DNA from: Desulfomonilia bacterium
Lineage (GTDB): Bacteria > Desulfobacterota > Desulfomonilia > UBA1062
Reading direction: 5' to 3'
Length of the DNA stretch: 64,000 nt
Assembly: GCA_050014195.1 (NCBI GenBank)
Contig: JBEKDT010000010.1
Location: 96,001 to 160,000, forward strand
A model generated the notes under the pieces. That model worked only from the letters and a program-made list of their open reading frames with translations, had not been told where the DNA came from and searched no databases. A program made the translations under genes and the position numbers. Of the stretch, positions 36,696-47,236 are shown one piece after another; within the stretch, counting starts at the first letter, position 1, and every line of letters starts with the position of its first letter.

Positions 36696-37715
36696 GTGAT
36701 AATTTCTATGAAAAAGAGTGCCACGCAAGAACAGATCGATCATGTCAAAATGCTTATCGAGTCATTCGGGTACCGGGTTCACGAGAGTGTAGGATCTGAG
36801 AGGGTCGTGTTCGGAGCCATCGGCGACGAAAGGGGCAAAGAGAGGCTTACCTGTCTTGAGGCCCAGCCCGGTGTTGAAAAGGTGATCCGCATCTTGAGCC
36901 CGTATAAGCTCGCGTCACGGGAGACAAAAGCCGAACCTACCGTGGTAAATATCGGGATGGGCGTGAAAGTAGGCAACCGGAAGCTTGCTGTCTTTGCAGG
37001 TCCGTGTGCGGTCGAATCCAAGGAGCAGATCATGGAGGTGGCCAAGACCATCAAGGAAAGCGGCGGCCATGTGCTGAGGGGTGGCGCATTCAAACCCAGG
37101 ACCTCGCCGTATGCCTTCCAGGGTTTGAAGAATGACGGCCTTTTGCTCCTCTCCATGGCAAGGGAAGAGTATGGGATCCCGGTGGTGACCGAGGTCATGG
37201 ACATTGCAAGCATCGAAGTAATCCTGGAGAATGCCGACTGCCTGCAGATCGGTGCCAGAAACATACAGAACTTCCAGCTCCTCAAAGAGGTGGGGAAGAC
37301 TAACAAGCCGGTCCTGCTGAAACGCGGTATGTCCACAACCATTGAAGAGTTTCTCATGTCGGCTGAATACGTTCTTGCAGGCGGCAACAACCAGGTGATC
37401 CTCTGTGAGCGTGGAATCAGAACATTTGAGACGGCAACCCGTAATACGCTGGATCTCTCGGCCGTGCCGGTACTAAAGGAGAAAACCCACTTGCCGGTCA
37501 TTGTGGATCCCTCGCACGGCACCGGACATGCCCGTTATGTAGAGGCCATGTCATATGCCGCCATAGCGGCAGGTGCAGACGGTCTTATGATAGAGGTGCA
37601 TCCAAAGCCTGAAGAGGCTCTCTCGGATGGTCCCCAGTCGTTGAGACCCGAAGAGTTCAAGAAGGTCATGGAGGGCATCAGGCGCATTGCGCAGGCTGTG
37701 GGCAGGGACGTATGA
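36696..37715 (+). CDS. aroF: DAHP synthase (type I-beta with N-terminal regulatory domain)
   Basis: 'AGPCAVE', '[16 protein letters not shown]', 'LKRG', 'DPSHGTG'. Confidence 0.95.
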   Translation: MIISMKKSATQEQIDHVKMLIESFGYRVHESVGSERVVFGAIGDERGKERLTCLEAQPGVEKVIRILSPYKLASRETKAEPTVVNIGMGVKVGNRKLAVFAGPCAVESKEQIMEVAKTIKESGGHVLRGGAFKPRTSPYAFQGLKNDGLLLLSMAREEYGIPVVTEVMDIASIEVILENADCLQIGARNIQNFQLLKEVGKTNKPVLLKRGMSTTIEEFLMSAEYVLAGGNNQVILCERGIRTFETATRNTLDLSAVPVLKEKTHLPVIVDPSHGTGHARYVEAMSYAAIAAGADGLMIEVHPKPEEALSDGPQSLRPEEFKKVMEGIRRIAQAVGRDV

Positions 37716-37758
37716 CATACTTGCAATCTGCCATGTGAATCACTACAATAGTAGGGTA

Positions 37759-38286
37759 ATGGCTTACTTCATGCCCGAACACAGGAATGTCCTCAGGTGG
37801 GGATCAAACCTCGCCGAGGGTATCGTGTGCAAGGAAATGAGTTGGAGCGTCAAGGGGGTGTATGACATTAAGACCCTGTCTGAATTTAATACAGAAGACC
37901 CGAGAGACGGAATCTTTGCCCAACTCCTGATGGTTGAGCCGGGGGAAGCCCCCCTTCCCCACCATTTCCGCGTATGCCTGCAGGACACGGAGATCTTGAA
38001 TTTCGTAAGGAAAAACCCTCCTGTGGACCTGCTCTCATTATTCACCTTCATTATGACACACGAACTCTTGCATATACACCGTTTTACCACAGGCAAGGCC
38101 GACTTTTACGGAGACCCCCGTGATGAAGAGGTGGTGGTGGATATCTTGACCCGCCTCTTTCTTGCAAAGAATCCTGTGACAGGACTGAAACAGGTGCTCA
38201 CCATCCTTGACAAGGTTCAGGCGGCGCCACTATATAACGAACACATTGTAGACAACCAAGGGAGGTTTGTACGTGCCTATCTATGA
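37759..38286 (+). CDS. Hypothetical protein with HExxH motif
   Basis: '[10 protein letters not shown]'. Start uncertain. Confidence 0.7.
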   Translation: MAYFMPEHRNVLRWGSNLAEGIVCKEMSWSVKGVYDIKTLSEFNTEDPRDGIFAQLLMVEPGEAPLPHHFRVCLQDTEILNFVRKNPPVDLLSLFTFIMTHELLHIHRFTTGKADFYGDPRDEEVVVDILTRLFLAKNPVTGLKQVLTILDKVQAAPLYNEHIVDNQGRFVRAYL

Positions 38287-38548
38287 ATATAAGTGTTTGA
38301 AGTGCCGGAATGAGTTTGAAGCCATGCAGAAGTTCAGCGATTCTCCGCTCAAAAAGTGCCCATCCTGCGGCGGGGGCGTCAAGAGGCTCATCTCCCGGTC
38401 GTCTTTCCAGCTCAAGGGATCGGGCTGGTACCTCACGGACTATGCCAAAAAGGGTTCGCCCAGTGATACCCAGGAGAGCAAGGGCTCCACAGAATCATCC
38501 CCTGAACCAACCCCGTCTAAACCCCCATCAACTTCCGATGATGACTAG
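38273..38548 (+). CDS. FmdB-family zinc-ribbon protein
   Basis: 'PIYEYKC..C...FE...CPSCG...LIS...F.LKGSGWY.TDY'. Confidence 0.9.
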   Translation: MPIYEYKCLKCRNEFEAMQKFSDSPLKKCPSCGGGVKRLISRSSFQLKGSGWYLTDYAKKGSPSDTQESKGSTESSPEPTPSKPPSTSDDD

Positions 38549-38557
38549 GTTTTGCCC

Positions 38558-39031
38558 ATGGCCCTGACCCACTTCGATAAAAAAGGCAGGGTGAAGATGG
38601 TGGATGTGGGTGAAAAAATCGTCACCCGTCGCGTCGCCAGGGCCAAAGGGTTAATACTCATGAGCGCTGAGGCCTTTACCGCCGTTATGACCGACTCGGT
38701 AAAGAAAGGAAATGTCCTGGCTACTGCAAAGGTTGCCGGTATCATGGCGGCGAAAAATACTTGTACTATTATTCCGCTCTGTCATCCTCTGCCTATCGAC
38801 TACATCGACATTGCCTTCCTCTTGGATGAAAATGCATCTTCCATCGAGGCCGAGGCTACGGTCAAGGTATCAGGCAGAACAGGCGTTGAGATGGAAGCAC
38901 TCCATGCAGTAAGCGTTGCACTGCTCACCATTTACGACATGGTGAAGGCCATAGATAAGACCATGGTCATTGGTGAAATAAGGCTTGAGGAGAAGTCAGG
39001 GGGCAGAAGAGGAAAGTATAAGAGAAAGTGA
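38558..39031 (+). CDS. moaC: Cyclic pyranopterin monophosphate synthase
   Basis: 'LTHFD', 'MVDV', 'IPLCHP', 'TGVEMEAL', 'YDMVKA'. Confidence 0.96.
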   Translation: MALTHFDKKGRVKMVDVGEKIVTRRVARAKGLILMSAEAFTAVMTDSVKKGNVLATAKVAGIMAAKNTCTIIPLCHPLPIDYIDIAFLLDENASSIEAEATVKVSGRTGVEMEALHAVSVALLTIYDMVKAIDKTMVIGEIRLEEKSGGRRGKYKRK

Positions 39032-39385
39032 TCAGTGACTAGTGAATAGTGACTAGATTGATCAGATAAAAATTCTCATTATCACCATCAAGATCTCAAT
39101 AAGGAATGTCTAGATCCGTGTATGAAAATCTAACGCGCTGCTAAACTCGGACTGTATCGGCGAAAAATCATCAAATGAGAAAAATCAAAACCTGTAGGAG
39201 CGGCTTTAGCCGCGACGGGAATAAGGGGTGCACGCAATTTTTTCGCGCCTGAAGGCGCTCCTACATAAAACAGAGCCGGTGCGGATGCCGCTGCAATGGG
39301 ATACAAATGCAAAATCCGGGTTAAACGAAGAGGGGCGGGGTTGAAACCCGCCCCCACGAATCTGATCACTCATCACTCATCACTA
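39029..39385. repeat. Intergenic repeat cluster: inverted REP pair, a palindrome, and flanking heptamer runs
   Basis: TGTAGGAGCGGCTTTAGCCGCGA (39193-215) and TCGCGCCTGAAGGCGCTCCTACA (39243-265). GGGGCGGG-TTGAAA-CCCGCCCC-type hairpin. AGTGA(C/A)T and ATCACTC heptamer runs. Confidence 0.75.
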
Positions 39386-39390
39386 AGTAA

Positions 39391-40050
39391 TTACTGCGTA
39401 AGCGGTGAAAGCTGGAGTTCTACACGACGGTTTTGAGAACGGCCCTCGGGCGTGTCATTACTCGCGACAGGGCGGCTCTTGCCGAACCCCTGAGTTGCTA
39501 CCCTCCGTGCGTCGATCCCCTGGGAGATCAGATACTGTCCGACATTCGCCGCCCTGCGCTCGGAGAGAGGCTGGTTTATGGCATCGCTGCCGGTGCTGTC
39601 GGTGTGGCCCATGACATCGATGAGGGTCTTGTTGTATTCTTTCAGCACGAGGACCACTGAGTTGAGGACATTGTAAAAGTTTGCATTGATGTCCGAACTA
39701 CTGGTCTGGAAGGTTATGTTGCCGGGCATGTTGAGCATGATGTTCTCTCCCTGCCTGGTAACACTCACGCCTGATCCCTGAAGCTTCTGGCGAAGTTGTG
39801 CCTCCTGCTTATCCATGTAGTACCCGACGGCGCCTCCTGACAGGGCTCCGACTCCGGCGCCGATGAGCGCACCTTTGCGGTGATCCTTGGTGACAGCGGC
39901 TCCTACAGCCGCGCCTCCTGCAGCACCGATGATGCTGCCCCATCCGGTCTTGCTCATCTTCTGTTCACCCGTAAACGGGTCGGTAGTGCAGCCTTCCATA
40001 AAAAAGGCTGCGGCCAGGATGATAACGATACAATAGGAAAGATTACGCAT
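39391..40050 (-). CDS. OmpA-family lipoprotein (YiaD-like, glycine zipper)
   Basis: Lipobox-like 'MEGC', glycine zipper, 'GHTDSTG', 'LSERRA', 'NRRVE'. Confidence 0.92.
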   Translation of the reverse strand: MRNLSYCIVIILAAAFFMEGCTTDPFTGEQKMSKTGWGSIIGAAGGAAVGAAVTKDHRKGALIGAGVGALSGGAVGYYMDKQEAQLRQKLQGSGVSVTRQGENIMLNMPGNITFQTSSSDINANFYNVLNSVVLVLKEYNKTLIDVMGHTDSTGSDAINQPLSERRAANVGQYLISQGIDARRVATQGFGKSRPVASNDTPEGRSQNRRVELQLSPLTQ

Positions 40051-40187
40051 TGTCTTACCTCCTCTTGTCCCGAAGATACTTCGGTGATCATACTATTGAG
40101 TTTTATTATATTCTATCCGTTTCCTCTTCGGATATATCATAACCGAGGTGTAGTGGTGGTTTCAAGATGTTTTGTGAGTCATGAGTA

Positions 40188-40787
40188 TCAAATACATACT
40201 TCGGCAAGAAGTGTGTCTACCTCCCGGATGATTTTATCTTGCACGACTTCCCGCTTTAAACTCGTATCAATAATGCGGTGCCGCCCATCTGTTGCAATCT
40301 GAAGAAAGGCATCCCTGAGATTCTGATGGTAGCAAAGGCCTCGAAGCTCGAACCTGTCTCCCGGATTGATCCTGGAAAGGGCTAGGTCAGGACTCACATC
40401 CATTACAAAGGTCAGGTCGGGCTCAATCCATGTCCTTGTGTTCTCCATGATCTTCTTTACCAGATCATAACCAAGACCGCCGACGATGCCCTGATAGACC
40501 AGTGTGGAGTCCACGAACCGGTCGATGATGATGACCTTGCCGCTTGCAATACCAGGCTTGATGATCTCTATGATGTTCTGCCTGCGCGAAGAGAGCACAA
40601 GAAGGAGTTCGGCCATGACGTCGAGATCCTGGCTGAGAAAAAGGCCCCTCACCTCTTCGGAAAAAGAAGAGCCGCCGGGCTCTCTGAAAGAGAACCACGG
40701 CAGCCCTTTGCTGGTCAGATAGGAGCAGAGATGGGCGGCGTTCGTAGTCTTGCCTGTCCCCTCTCCGCCCTCGAAGGTGATGATCAC
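40188..40787 (-). CDS. tmk: Thymidylate kinase
   Basis: 'FEGGEGTGKTT', 'REPGG', 'DRF.DST.VYQG'. Confidence 0.95.
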   Translation of the reverse strand: MIITFEGGEGTGKTTNAAHLCSYLTSKGLPWFSFREPGGSSFSEEVRGLFLSQDLDVMAELLLVLSSRRQNIIEIIKPGIASGKVIIIDRFVDSTLVYQGIVGGLGYDLVKKIMENTRTWIEPDLTFVMDVSPDLALSRINPGDRFELRGLCYHQNLRDAFLQIATDGRHRIIDTSLKREVVQDKIIREVDTLLAEVCI

Positions 40788-43456
40788 TTCTTTTTCTTCT
40801 CGTCCTTCATTGCGGCATGTGCTGCTGCAATCCGGGCAATAGGCACCCGGTAGGGTGAGCAGCTCACATAGTTCATGCCGACCTTATGGCAGAACTCGAT
40901 GGATGAAGGCTCTCCACCATGTTCGCCGCAGATTCCGACCTTGAGTTTCTTGCGGGTCTTCCTTCCCTTTTCGATGCCTATACGTATCAGCTCACCAACA
41001 CCGTCCTGGTCAAGGGCCTGGAATGGATCTTTGGGCAGGATCTTCTTTTCGACATATGTCGGCAGGAATTTGCCGGCATCATCACGGGACAGGCCGAAGG
41101 TCGTCTGGGTCAGGTCATTCGTGCCGAATGAGAAAAACTCCGCCTGTTCGGCGATCTTATCGGCAGTTATCGCTGCCCTGGGCAGCTCGATCATGGTACC
41201 GACCATGTAGGCAAGCTTAACGCCATACGATTTTATGATCTCATCAGCCACTTCAACAGTCATATTCCTTAAGTTTTCCAGCTCATTCACGTGGCCGACA
41301 AGCGGAATCATGATCTCGGGTTCCACATCGATCTTTTCCTTCTTCACCTCACAGGCGGCTTCAACAATAGCCCGCACCTGCATCTCGTAGATCTCGGGAA
41401 AGGTTATGCCGAGCCTGCAGCCCCGGTGGCCCAGCATGGGGTTGGCCTCATGCAGTGTTTCCCTCTTTGTCTTCACCTCATTAACCGGTGTCTTGAGGGC
41501 CTTGGCCACTTCGGCGATCTCGGCTTCGGTATTGGGCAGGAACTCATGCAGTGGCGGATCCAACAGTCTGATTGTGACCGGCAGGCCGTCCATAACCCGG
41601 AATATCTCCTTGAAGTCGCCTTTCTGCATGGGCTTGATCTTGTCCAGGGCCTTCCGGCGGCCTTTTTCGTCATTCGCCAGGATCATCTCGCGTACCGCCA
41701 GGATCCTGTCCGCCTCAAAGAACATATGCTCGGTACGGCACAGACCGATGCCCTCGGCACCGAATTCCCTTGCGACTTTGGCATCTTTCGGGGTGTCGGC
41801 ATTGGTGCGCACGCCGAGCTTGCGGTACTCATCCGACCATTTCATGAGAGTGCCGAAGGCCCCCGAGAGGGAGGGCGGAGTTGTCTTGCACTCACCGAGG
41901 ATAACCTCGCCCTTGGTCCCGTCAAGCGATATGAAGTCACCCTTTTTGACGGTCTCCCCGCCAAGGGAAAATTTCTGTTTGGCATAGTCGACGATGAGGT
42001 CAGGGACACCGGAGACGCAGCACTTGCCCATACCTCGAGCAACGACTGCCGCGTGTGAGGTCATGCCGCCCCTTGCGGTCAGGATGCCTTGTGCCACGTT
42101 CATGCCGTGGATGTCTTCCGGTGAGGTCTCTACACGAACCAGAATCACCTTCTTGCCCTTTTTCACTTCCACTTCGGCATCTTCGGCAGAGAAGACTACC
42201 CGGCCCACCGCAGCGCCGGGAGAAGCGGGCAGTCCTTTTCCGATGATCTTCTTCTTTGCCTTGGGATCGATCTGCGGGTGAAGGAGCTGGTCGATCTGCT
42301 CAGGGGTGACCCTTAGTACCGCTTCTTTTTTAGCAATGAGACCCTCGTTCACCATATCAACTGCAATCTGTACGGCTGCGGCTGCAGTCCGTTTTCCCGT
42401 GCGGGTCTGGAGCATCCAGAGGTTTCCTTCCTGAACGGTGAATTCGATGTCCTGCATGTCCCGGTAATGCTTTTCCAGATTCTCATAGATATCCACGAGC
42501 TGGTCGTATTGCTCAGACAGGGCCTCTTCCATGGACACGTCCGACTTGCTCCTTTTTCCCTTGATGTTAATGGGTTGGGGCGTACGGATACCTGCTACCA
42601 CGTCCTCGCCCTGGGCGTTCTTTAAATACTCCCCGTAGAAGACATGCTCACCGGTGGCTGGGTCACGCGTGAATGCCACACCCGTTGCAGACCCCTCACC
42701 CATGTTGCCGAAAACCATGGCCTGTACATTTACTGCGGTGCCCCATTCATCCGGAATGCTGTTGAGCTTCCGGTAGGTAATGGCGCGCGGCGTGTTCCAC
42801 GACTTGAATACCGCTTCGATCCCGCCCCAAATCTGCTCCATGGGGTCGGATGGCAGGTCTATACCGGTAAGCTTCTTCACCTTTTCCTTCAGCGTTGCAA
42901 CAAGCCTCTTCAGGTCTTTGTCATCGAGGTCGGTATCGAGTTTGACCCCCTTTTTCTTCTTCATCTTCTCAAGCTCTTCCTCGAGCTCGTCGGAATCAGC
43001 ACCCATAACCACGTCTGCATACATCTGGATGAAGCGCCGGTAGCAATCCCATGCAAAGCGTTCATTGCCGCTCATCTTAATAAGGCCGTGCACGGTTTCC
43101 TCGTTGATCCCGAGGTTAAGCACCGTGTCCATCATGCCGGGCATGGATGCCCGTGCGCCTGAGCGAACGGAAAAGAGCAGCGGTGCCTCAGGATCACCAA
43201 AGCCCAGCCCCATCGCCCTTTCCACTTTTTTGATAGCCTCTTTCACCTGAACTTTTAAGTCTTTCGGCAACCCGTGTGTGTCATAATACACGGTGCACAT
43301 CTCGGTAGAGATGGTGAATCCCGGCGGCACCGGTATCCCCAGATTGGTCATTTCAGCGAGATTGGCCCCTTTTCCTCCCAGGATGGCCTTCATGTCTGCA
43401 TTGCCCTCAGCCTTGGTTCCCCTGCCTCCAAAGAGATACACATACTTTTTTGCCAT
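40784..43456 (-). CDS. ppdK: Pyruvate, phosphate dikinase
   Basis: 'LGGKGANLAEM', 'GGMTSHAAVVARG', 'GLCRTEHMF', 'GICGEHGG'. Confidence 0.97.
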   Translation of the reverse strand: MAKKYVYLFGGRGTKAEGNADMKAILGGKGANLAEMTNLGIPVPPGFTISTEMCTVYYDTHGLPKDLKVQVKEAIKKVERAMGLGFGDPEAPLLFSVRSGARASMPGMMDTVLNLGINEETVHGLIKMSGNERFAWDCYRRFIQMYADVVMGADSDELEEELEKMKKKKGVKLDTDLDDKDLKRLVATLKEKVKKLTGIDLPSDPMEQIWGGIEAVFKSWNTPRAITYRKLNSIPDEWGTAVNVQAMVFGNMGEGSATGVAFTRDPATGEHVFYGEYLKNAQGEDVVAGIRTPQPINIKGKRSKSDVSMEEALSEQYDQLVDIYENLEKHYRDMQDIEFTVQEGNLWMLQTRTGKRTAAAAVQIAVDMVNEGLIAKKEAVLRVTPEQIDQLLHPQIDPKAKKKIIGKGLPASPGAAVGRVVFSAEDAEVEVKKGKKVILVRVETSPEDIHGMNVAQGILTARGGMTSHAAVVARGMGKCCVSGVPDLIVDYAKQKFSLGGETVKKGDFISLDGTKGEVILGECKTTPPSLSGAFGTLMKWSDEYRKLGVRTNADTPKDAKVAREFGAEGIGLCRTEHMFFEADRILAVREMILANDEKGRRKALDKIKPMQKGDFKEIFRVMDGLPVTIRLLDPPLHEFLPNTEAEIAEVAKALKTPVNEVKTKRETLHEANPMLGHRGCRLGITFPEIYEMQVRAIVEAACEVKKEKIDVEPEIMIPLVGHVNELENLRNMTVEVADEIIKSYGVKLAYMVGTMIELPRAAITADKIAEQAEFFSFGTNDLTQTTFGLSRDDAGKFLPTYVEKKILPKDPFQALDQDGVGELIRIGIEKGRKTRKKLKVGICGEHGGEPSSIEFCHKVGMNYVSCSPYRVPIARIAAAHAAMKDEKKKK

Positions 43457-43644
43457 GAGAAGTCTCCCTCTTGTCAGATACTGATACTCGGTTGGAACGT
43501 GCAAACGATAGTATAAATGCGGAGTTCTGTTCAAGAGAAAAATGGCATACAAGGCTTCTTTACAAGGCCTGGATTCATGTATGAAGAGGGAGGAGCAATG
43601 CTGGTGTTATTGGCGTACTAAGGCAGCAGATCCAATGGGAAATT

Positions 43645-44985
43645 TCACTGATTTCTGCCCAGTATTGACCTCGCCGCAATGATGCCCGAACAGCTCGCCT
43701 GGATGAGGCCCCTGGTTATACCGGCACCGTCTCCTATAATATAAAGTCCATTGATCCGGGACATGAGGCTTCTGTCAAGCCGGATCCTGTTGGAATAGAA
43801 CTTGACCTCAATGCCGTAGAGCAAGGTATGGGCGGAGTTGACACCCGGAGCCATACGGTCCAGACTCGAGAGCATCTCAACGAGATCGGTTAATATCCGA
43901 TAGGGAAGACAATAGCTCAGGTCGCCGGGGGTTGCCTGTTTCAGGGTCGGCCGTGTGGAGCATTTCTGAAGTCTGTCATGGGTGGTTCGCCTTCCGCTGA
44001 GGAGGTCCCCGAGCCTCTGTACAATAACGCCCTTGCCGAGCATATTGGCGAGTTTGGCCACCGACTCACCATAGCCTATCGGGTCATCAAACGGTTCGGT
44101 AAAATCGGCGCTTACCAGCAAGGCAAAGTTGGTGTTTTCCGTGCGCTTTTTCGCCCAGGAGTGGCCGTTTACCGTTACAATGTCGCCCAGGGTTTCGATG
44201 ACGACTTCACCATAGGGGTTCATGCAGAATGTCCTAACTTTATCGTCAAAGGTGCGTGAGTAGTAGATGAATTTGGTTTCATAGGCCTTGCAGGTAAGAT
44301 GCTCCATGATCACCGAAGGCAGTTCCACACGCACTCCCAGGTCAACAGGATTCGGATGTGTCTCGATGCCCATGGATTTTGCCTGATGCGACATCCAGGA
44401 AGATCCCACCCTGCCGGGGGCAGCAATAACATTGGGAGCATGAATGATCGTTCCATCAAAAAGCCGTACTCCCCTCACCTGGTCTCCCTCATAAAGTATC
44501 TCTTGGACATGCGTGTTGAATCTCATATCCATCTTGCCTTCAAAATCTTGCCTGAGTTTTTCGAGCGTGATCAGGAGGTTTTCAGTGCCGATGTGCCTGA
44601 TTCTGGTAGGCACATATACCAGGCCTGCGAGCCTGGCCTTGGAAGATATGGTTTCGGCATCATCACTATCTACGATAAAAAGATCGCCTGAAGGTGCATA
44701 TTTCGTATATAATGTATCCACATACTCAAGCAGCCTGAGTAGCTCATCATCGGTAATCAGGCTCGATAGCTGGCCCCCGACATCGGTAGAGATCGTGAGT
44801 TTCCCGTCGCTGTAGGCACCTGCCCCACCCCAGCCGATAAGCATTTCTTTGCCGGTTCTCGACCGTATGTTGATATCGTTGCCCTGCTCAATAATGACAA
44901 TCTTTAAACCGGGATCTTTACTGATGAGTTCGAGTGCTGCAAATATTCCTGCAGGTCCGGCACCGACAATGACTACATCAACCAT
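43645..44985 (-). CDS. FAD-dependent oxidoreductase
   Basis: 'GAGPAG', 'GAGAYSDGKL', 'RTFCMNP', 'GDGAGITRG'. Confidence 0.88.
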   Translation of the reverse strand: MVDVVIVGAGPAGIFAALELISKDPGLKIVIIEQGNDINIRSRTGKEMLIGWGGAGAYSDGKLTISTDVGGQLSSLITDDELLRLLEYVDTLYTKYAPSGDLFIVDSDDAETISSKARLAGLVYVPTRIRHIGTENLLITLEKLRQDFEGKMDMRFNTHVQEILYEGDQVRGVRLFDGTIIHAPNVIAAPGRVGSSWMSHQAKSMGIETHPNPVDLGVRVELPSVIMEHLTCKAYETKFIYYSRTFDDKVRTFCMNPYGEVVIETLGDIVTVNGHSWAKKRTENTNFALLVSADFTEPFDDPIGYGESVAKLANMLGKGVIVQRLGDLLSGRRTTHDRLQKCSTRPTLKQATPGDLSYCLPYRILTDLVEMLSSLDRMAPGVNSAHTLLYGIEVKFYSNRIRLDRSLMSRINGLYIIGDGAGITRGLIQASCSGIIAARSILGRNQ

Positions 44986-46063
44986 AGGTCTTTCTCCTCA
45001 TTCCCATGAAAATAATACCCGCACACATCATGACTATATCGGTCGACCAGGCAGCTAATGCAGGGTTTATGTACCCGGCCATGCCGGCACCGGTCATGGC
45101 AGAGTGCATTGCCCAGTAAAAGAGCCCGAGGATGATACCGATGGAAATACCGCGAGCGATTCCGCCCGCCCTCGGAAACCTCAATCCGAACGGCATCACG
45201 AGCATGGTCATGATGAACGGCGCCAGAGTGAAGCTGATACGGCTGTGGAACTGAGTTTCCAGGCTCACTGATTTGATTCCGTCTTTCCTCAAGTGCTTTC
45301 GATAATCGATCAATTCTCTGAGCGTCAGGACATCCGGCTTCGGCTCTGCCATTATGAGTGAGGTTGGTTCATGGGTGAGAGGCAAAGGCGATGCGGACTG
45401 TGCAAAGACAATCCCGGCGGTTGACATGCTTATGGTCTCCAACCGGGAAGTCTTCCATTGCTTTCCATTCCAGATGGCCGCTTCTGATCTGAGGATGGCA
45501 AAGAGCTTGCCTGATTTGATTCGATAGCAGGTGACGTTATGCATAATACCTTTTAATATATCCATGTGCTCCACATAATAAATATCATTCCCTACTTTAA
45601 ACCTCCCGCCGCTTACGGAAAATGATCCGGTTATGTCATGCTTTTTAATGTAGATGTCCTCTATTTTGTCTGCATGTTGCTGGGATTCTGGATACAGGGT
45701 GAAGGAAAGGAAAGACATGACGAACATTGCCAACAGCCCTACCGTGAGATATGGCAAAGATAGTCTTACGAATGAGACTGAGCACGCCTGCATGGCAATG
45801 GTCTCCACATGGCGGGAAAACTGCGCCTGGGCGGCGATGATGCCGACGCATACGGAAAATGGCAGGACCCAGTACACCATCTGGGGCAAAGAGAAGAAAA
45901 GAAATTGCGCGATTATGGATCCATTCGTACTGTGTTCGGTAAATGAATTGAGATTCCCGAAAAGAATAGAGATAAAGACAAGCAGCGTCAGGCTCAAACA
46001 TGCAGCAGCACACATGAATAACGCCTTTTTTAAGATATATTTATAAAGTGTTTCCGTAATCAG
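44978..46063 (-). CDS. lptG: LPS export permease LptG-like (start probably CTG/ATT upstream of the annotated ATG)
   Basis: 'E.IAMQACSVS', 'LAAW', multi-TM. In-frame upstream extension LITETLYKYILKK. Confidence 0.8.
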   Translation of the reverse strand: MITETLYKYILKKALFMCAAACLSLTLLVFISILFGNLNSFTEHSTNGSIIAQFLFFSLPQMVYWVLPFSVCVGIIAAQAQFSRHVETIAMQACSVSFVRLSLPYLTVGLLAMFVMSFLSFTLYPESQQHADKIEDIYIKKHDITGSFSVSGGRFKVGNDIYYVEHMDILKGIMHNVTCYRIKSGKLFAILRSEAAIWNGKQWKTSRLETISMSTAGIVFAQSASPLPLTHEPTSLIMAEPKPDVLTLRELIDYRKHLRKDGIKSVSLETQFHSRISFTLAPFIMTMLVMPFGLRFPRAGGIARGISIGIILGLFYWAMHSAMTGAGMAGYINPALAAWSTDIVMMCAGIIFMGMRRKTYG

Positions 46064-47115
46064 GTGCCTCCCTCGCTGAATCGCAGTTTTTTTACAACAA
46101 ATACTGCGCAGAGCATTATACTGAAAATCATATCAGGAAACCACGCCCCGAGCATAGGGTCCATGATTCCGCCCTTGACCATCCGATCTGCCAGTGTAAA
46201 CAGGAAATAATAACCGACAATCGTGCCCAGTCCGATTATGAAACCTGTGAATCTGGGTGATCGAGGCCTGACAATCCCAAAACTGATTCCCACTAATCCC
46301 AAGATCAGGTTCAGTATGGGAAATGCAAAACGATTATAGTACTCCTTTATATTCTTCGGTGATGGGTCTTCTTTGATGAGTTTCCTGAATTCATCCTGTG
46401 TGGTTGTTTCGAATGATTTAATTCGAAGTTCACCTGAAAAATCGACTTCCAAAAAAAACCTGTATTCGTCAAAGGTGAGATAACGGTCAGAGAGCTTGGT
46501 GTTCGTGAAAAGACTCCCTTTTTTCAATTTCATGACGATTAAGTTCTTATTTACTTCGATGGTCCCATTCTCTGCGGCAATAACCGACCTCTCTTCACCG
46601 GATGTTTCTATAAAAATATTCTTGAGCTCTTTTTTTTGCGGGTTTACGGATTCCACATATACAATGAGGCCTTTGAAGGAATCGTCAAACTCGCGTTCTT
46701 TGAGAAAGGAAAATATTTTCTGGGAAGCACTTTGTATGAGACGTGTCTGGACTGTCTTCATTGCAACCGGTCCGAGGTTGGTTGATATGATCAGGTGGGC
46801 CATCATCGCACAGATCGATAAAAGGATGACCGGTGCATATATGGTGTATGAACGGACACCGCATGCCTTCATTGCTATGATCTCAGATTCTACGGATAAC
46901 CTCTCAAAAACCAGCAAGATACTGAAAAGAAGCCCCATGGGAATAACAAATGAAGACAGGGGGACCATTGCCAGCAGGAGTATGTCGATATCTCCTATCG
47001 TAAGGGCCATGCCGAAGCTGACCCACTGGACGATAAGCATTACGCCGTACAAGACAGCCAGCGTGCCACCAAAGACCTCGATCAGGTATAGAAAGATGTA
47101 GCGCTCAATCCTCAT
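46060..47115 (-). CDS. lptF: LPS export permease LptF-like
   Basis: 'RIERYI', 'RLSVESEIIAMKACG', 'GAWFP'. Confidence 0.82.
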   Translation of the reverse strand: MRIERYIFLYLIEVFGGTLAVLYGVMLIVQWVSFGMALTIGDIDILLLAMVPLSSFVIPMGLLFSILLVFERLSVESEIIAMKACGVRSYTIYAPVILLSICAMMAHLIISTNLGPVAMKTVQTRLIQSASQKIFSFLKEREFDDSFKGLIVYVESVNPQKKELKNIFIETSGEERSVIAAENGTIEVNKNLIVMKLKKGSLFTNTKLSDRYLTFDEYRFFLEVDFSGELRIKSFETTTQDEFRKLIKEDPSPKNIKEYYNRFAFPILNLILGLVGISFGIVRPRSPRFTGFIIGLGTIVGYYFLFTLADRMVKGGIMDPMLGAWFPDMIFSIMLCAVFVVKKLRFSEGGT

Positions 47116-47236
47116 ATCGTATTGGAATTATAAGCATGGATGGTCTTGCTTGTCCACATAAGCGGCACAATAACACGCGCATAAGGGGCCCAGATGATTG
47201 ACACTGTGAAGATAAACTTGTATGCTATCTGCACAA

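Noticed and set aside
39130-39369. 79-aa ORF between moaC and ompA
   Set aside because: It is the translation of REP palindromes (VGAGFNPAP, VAAKAAPT), a typical spurious ORF.
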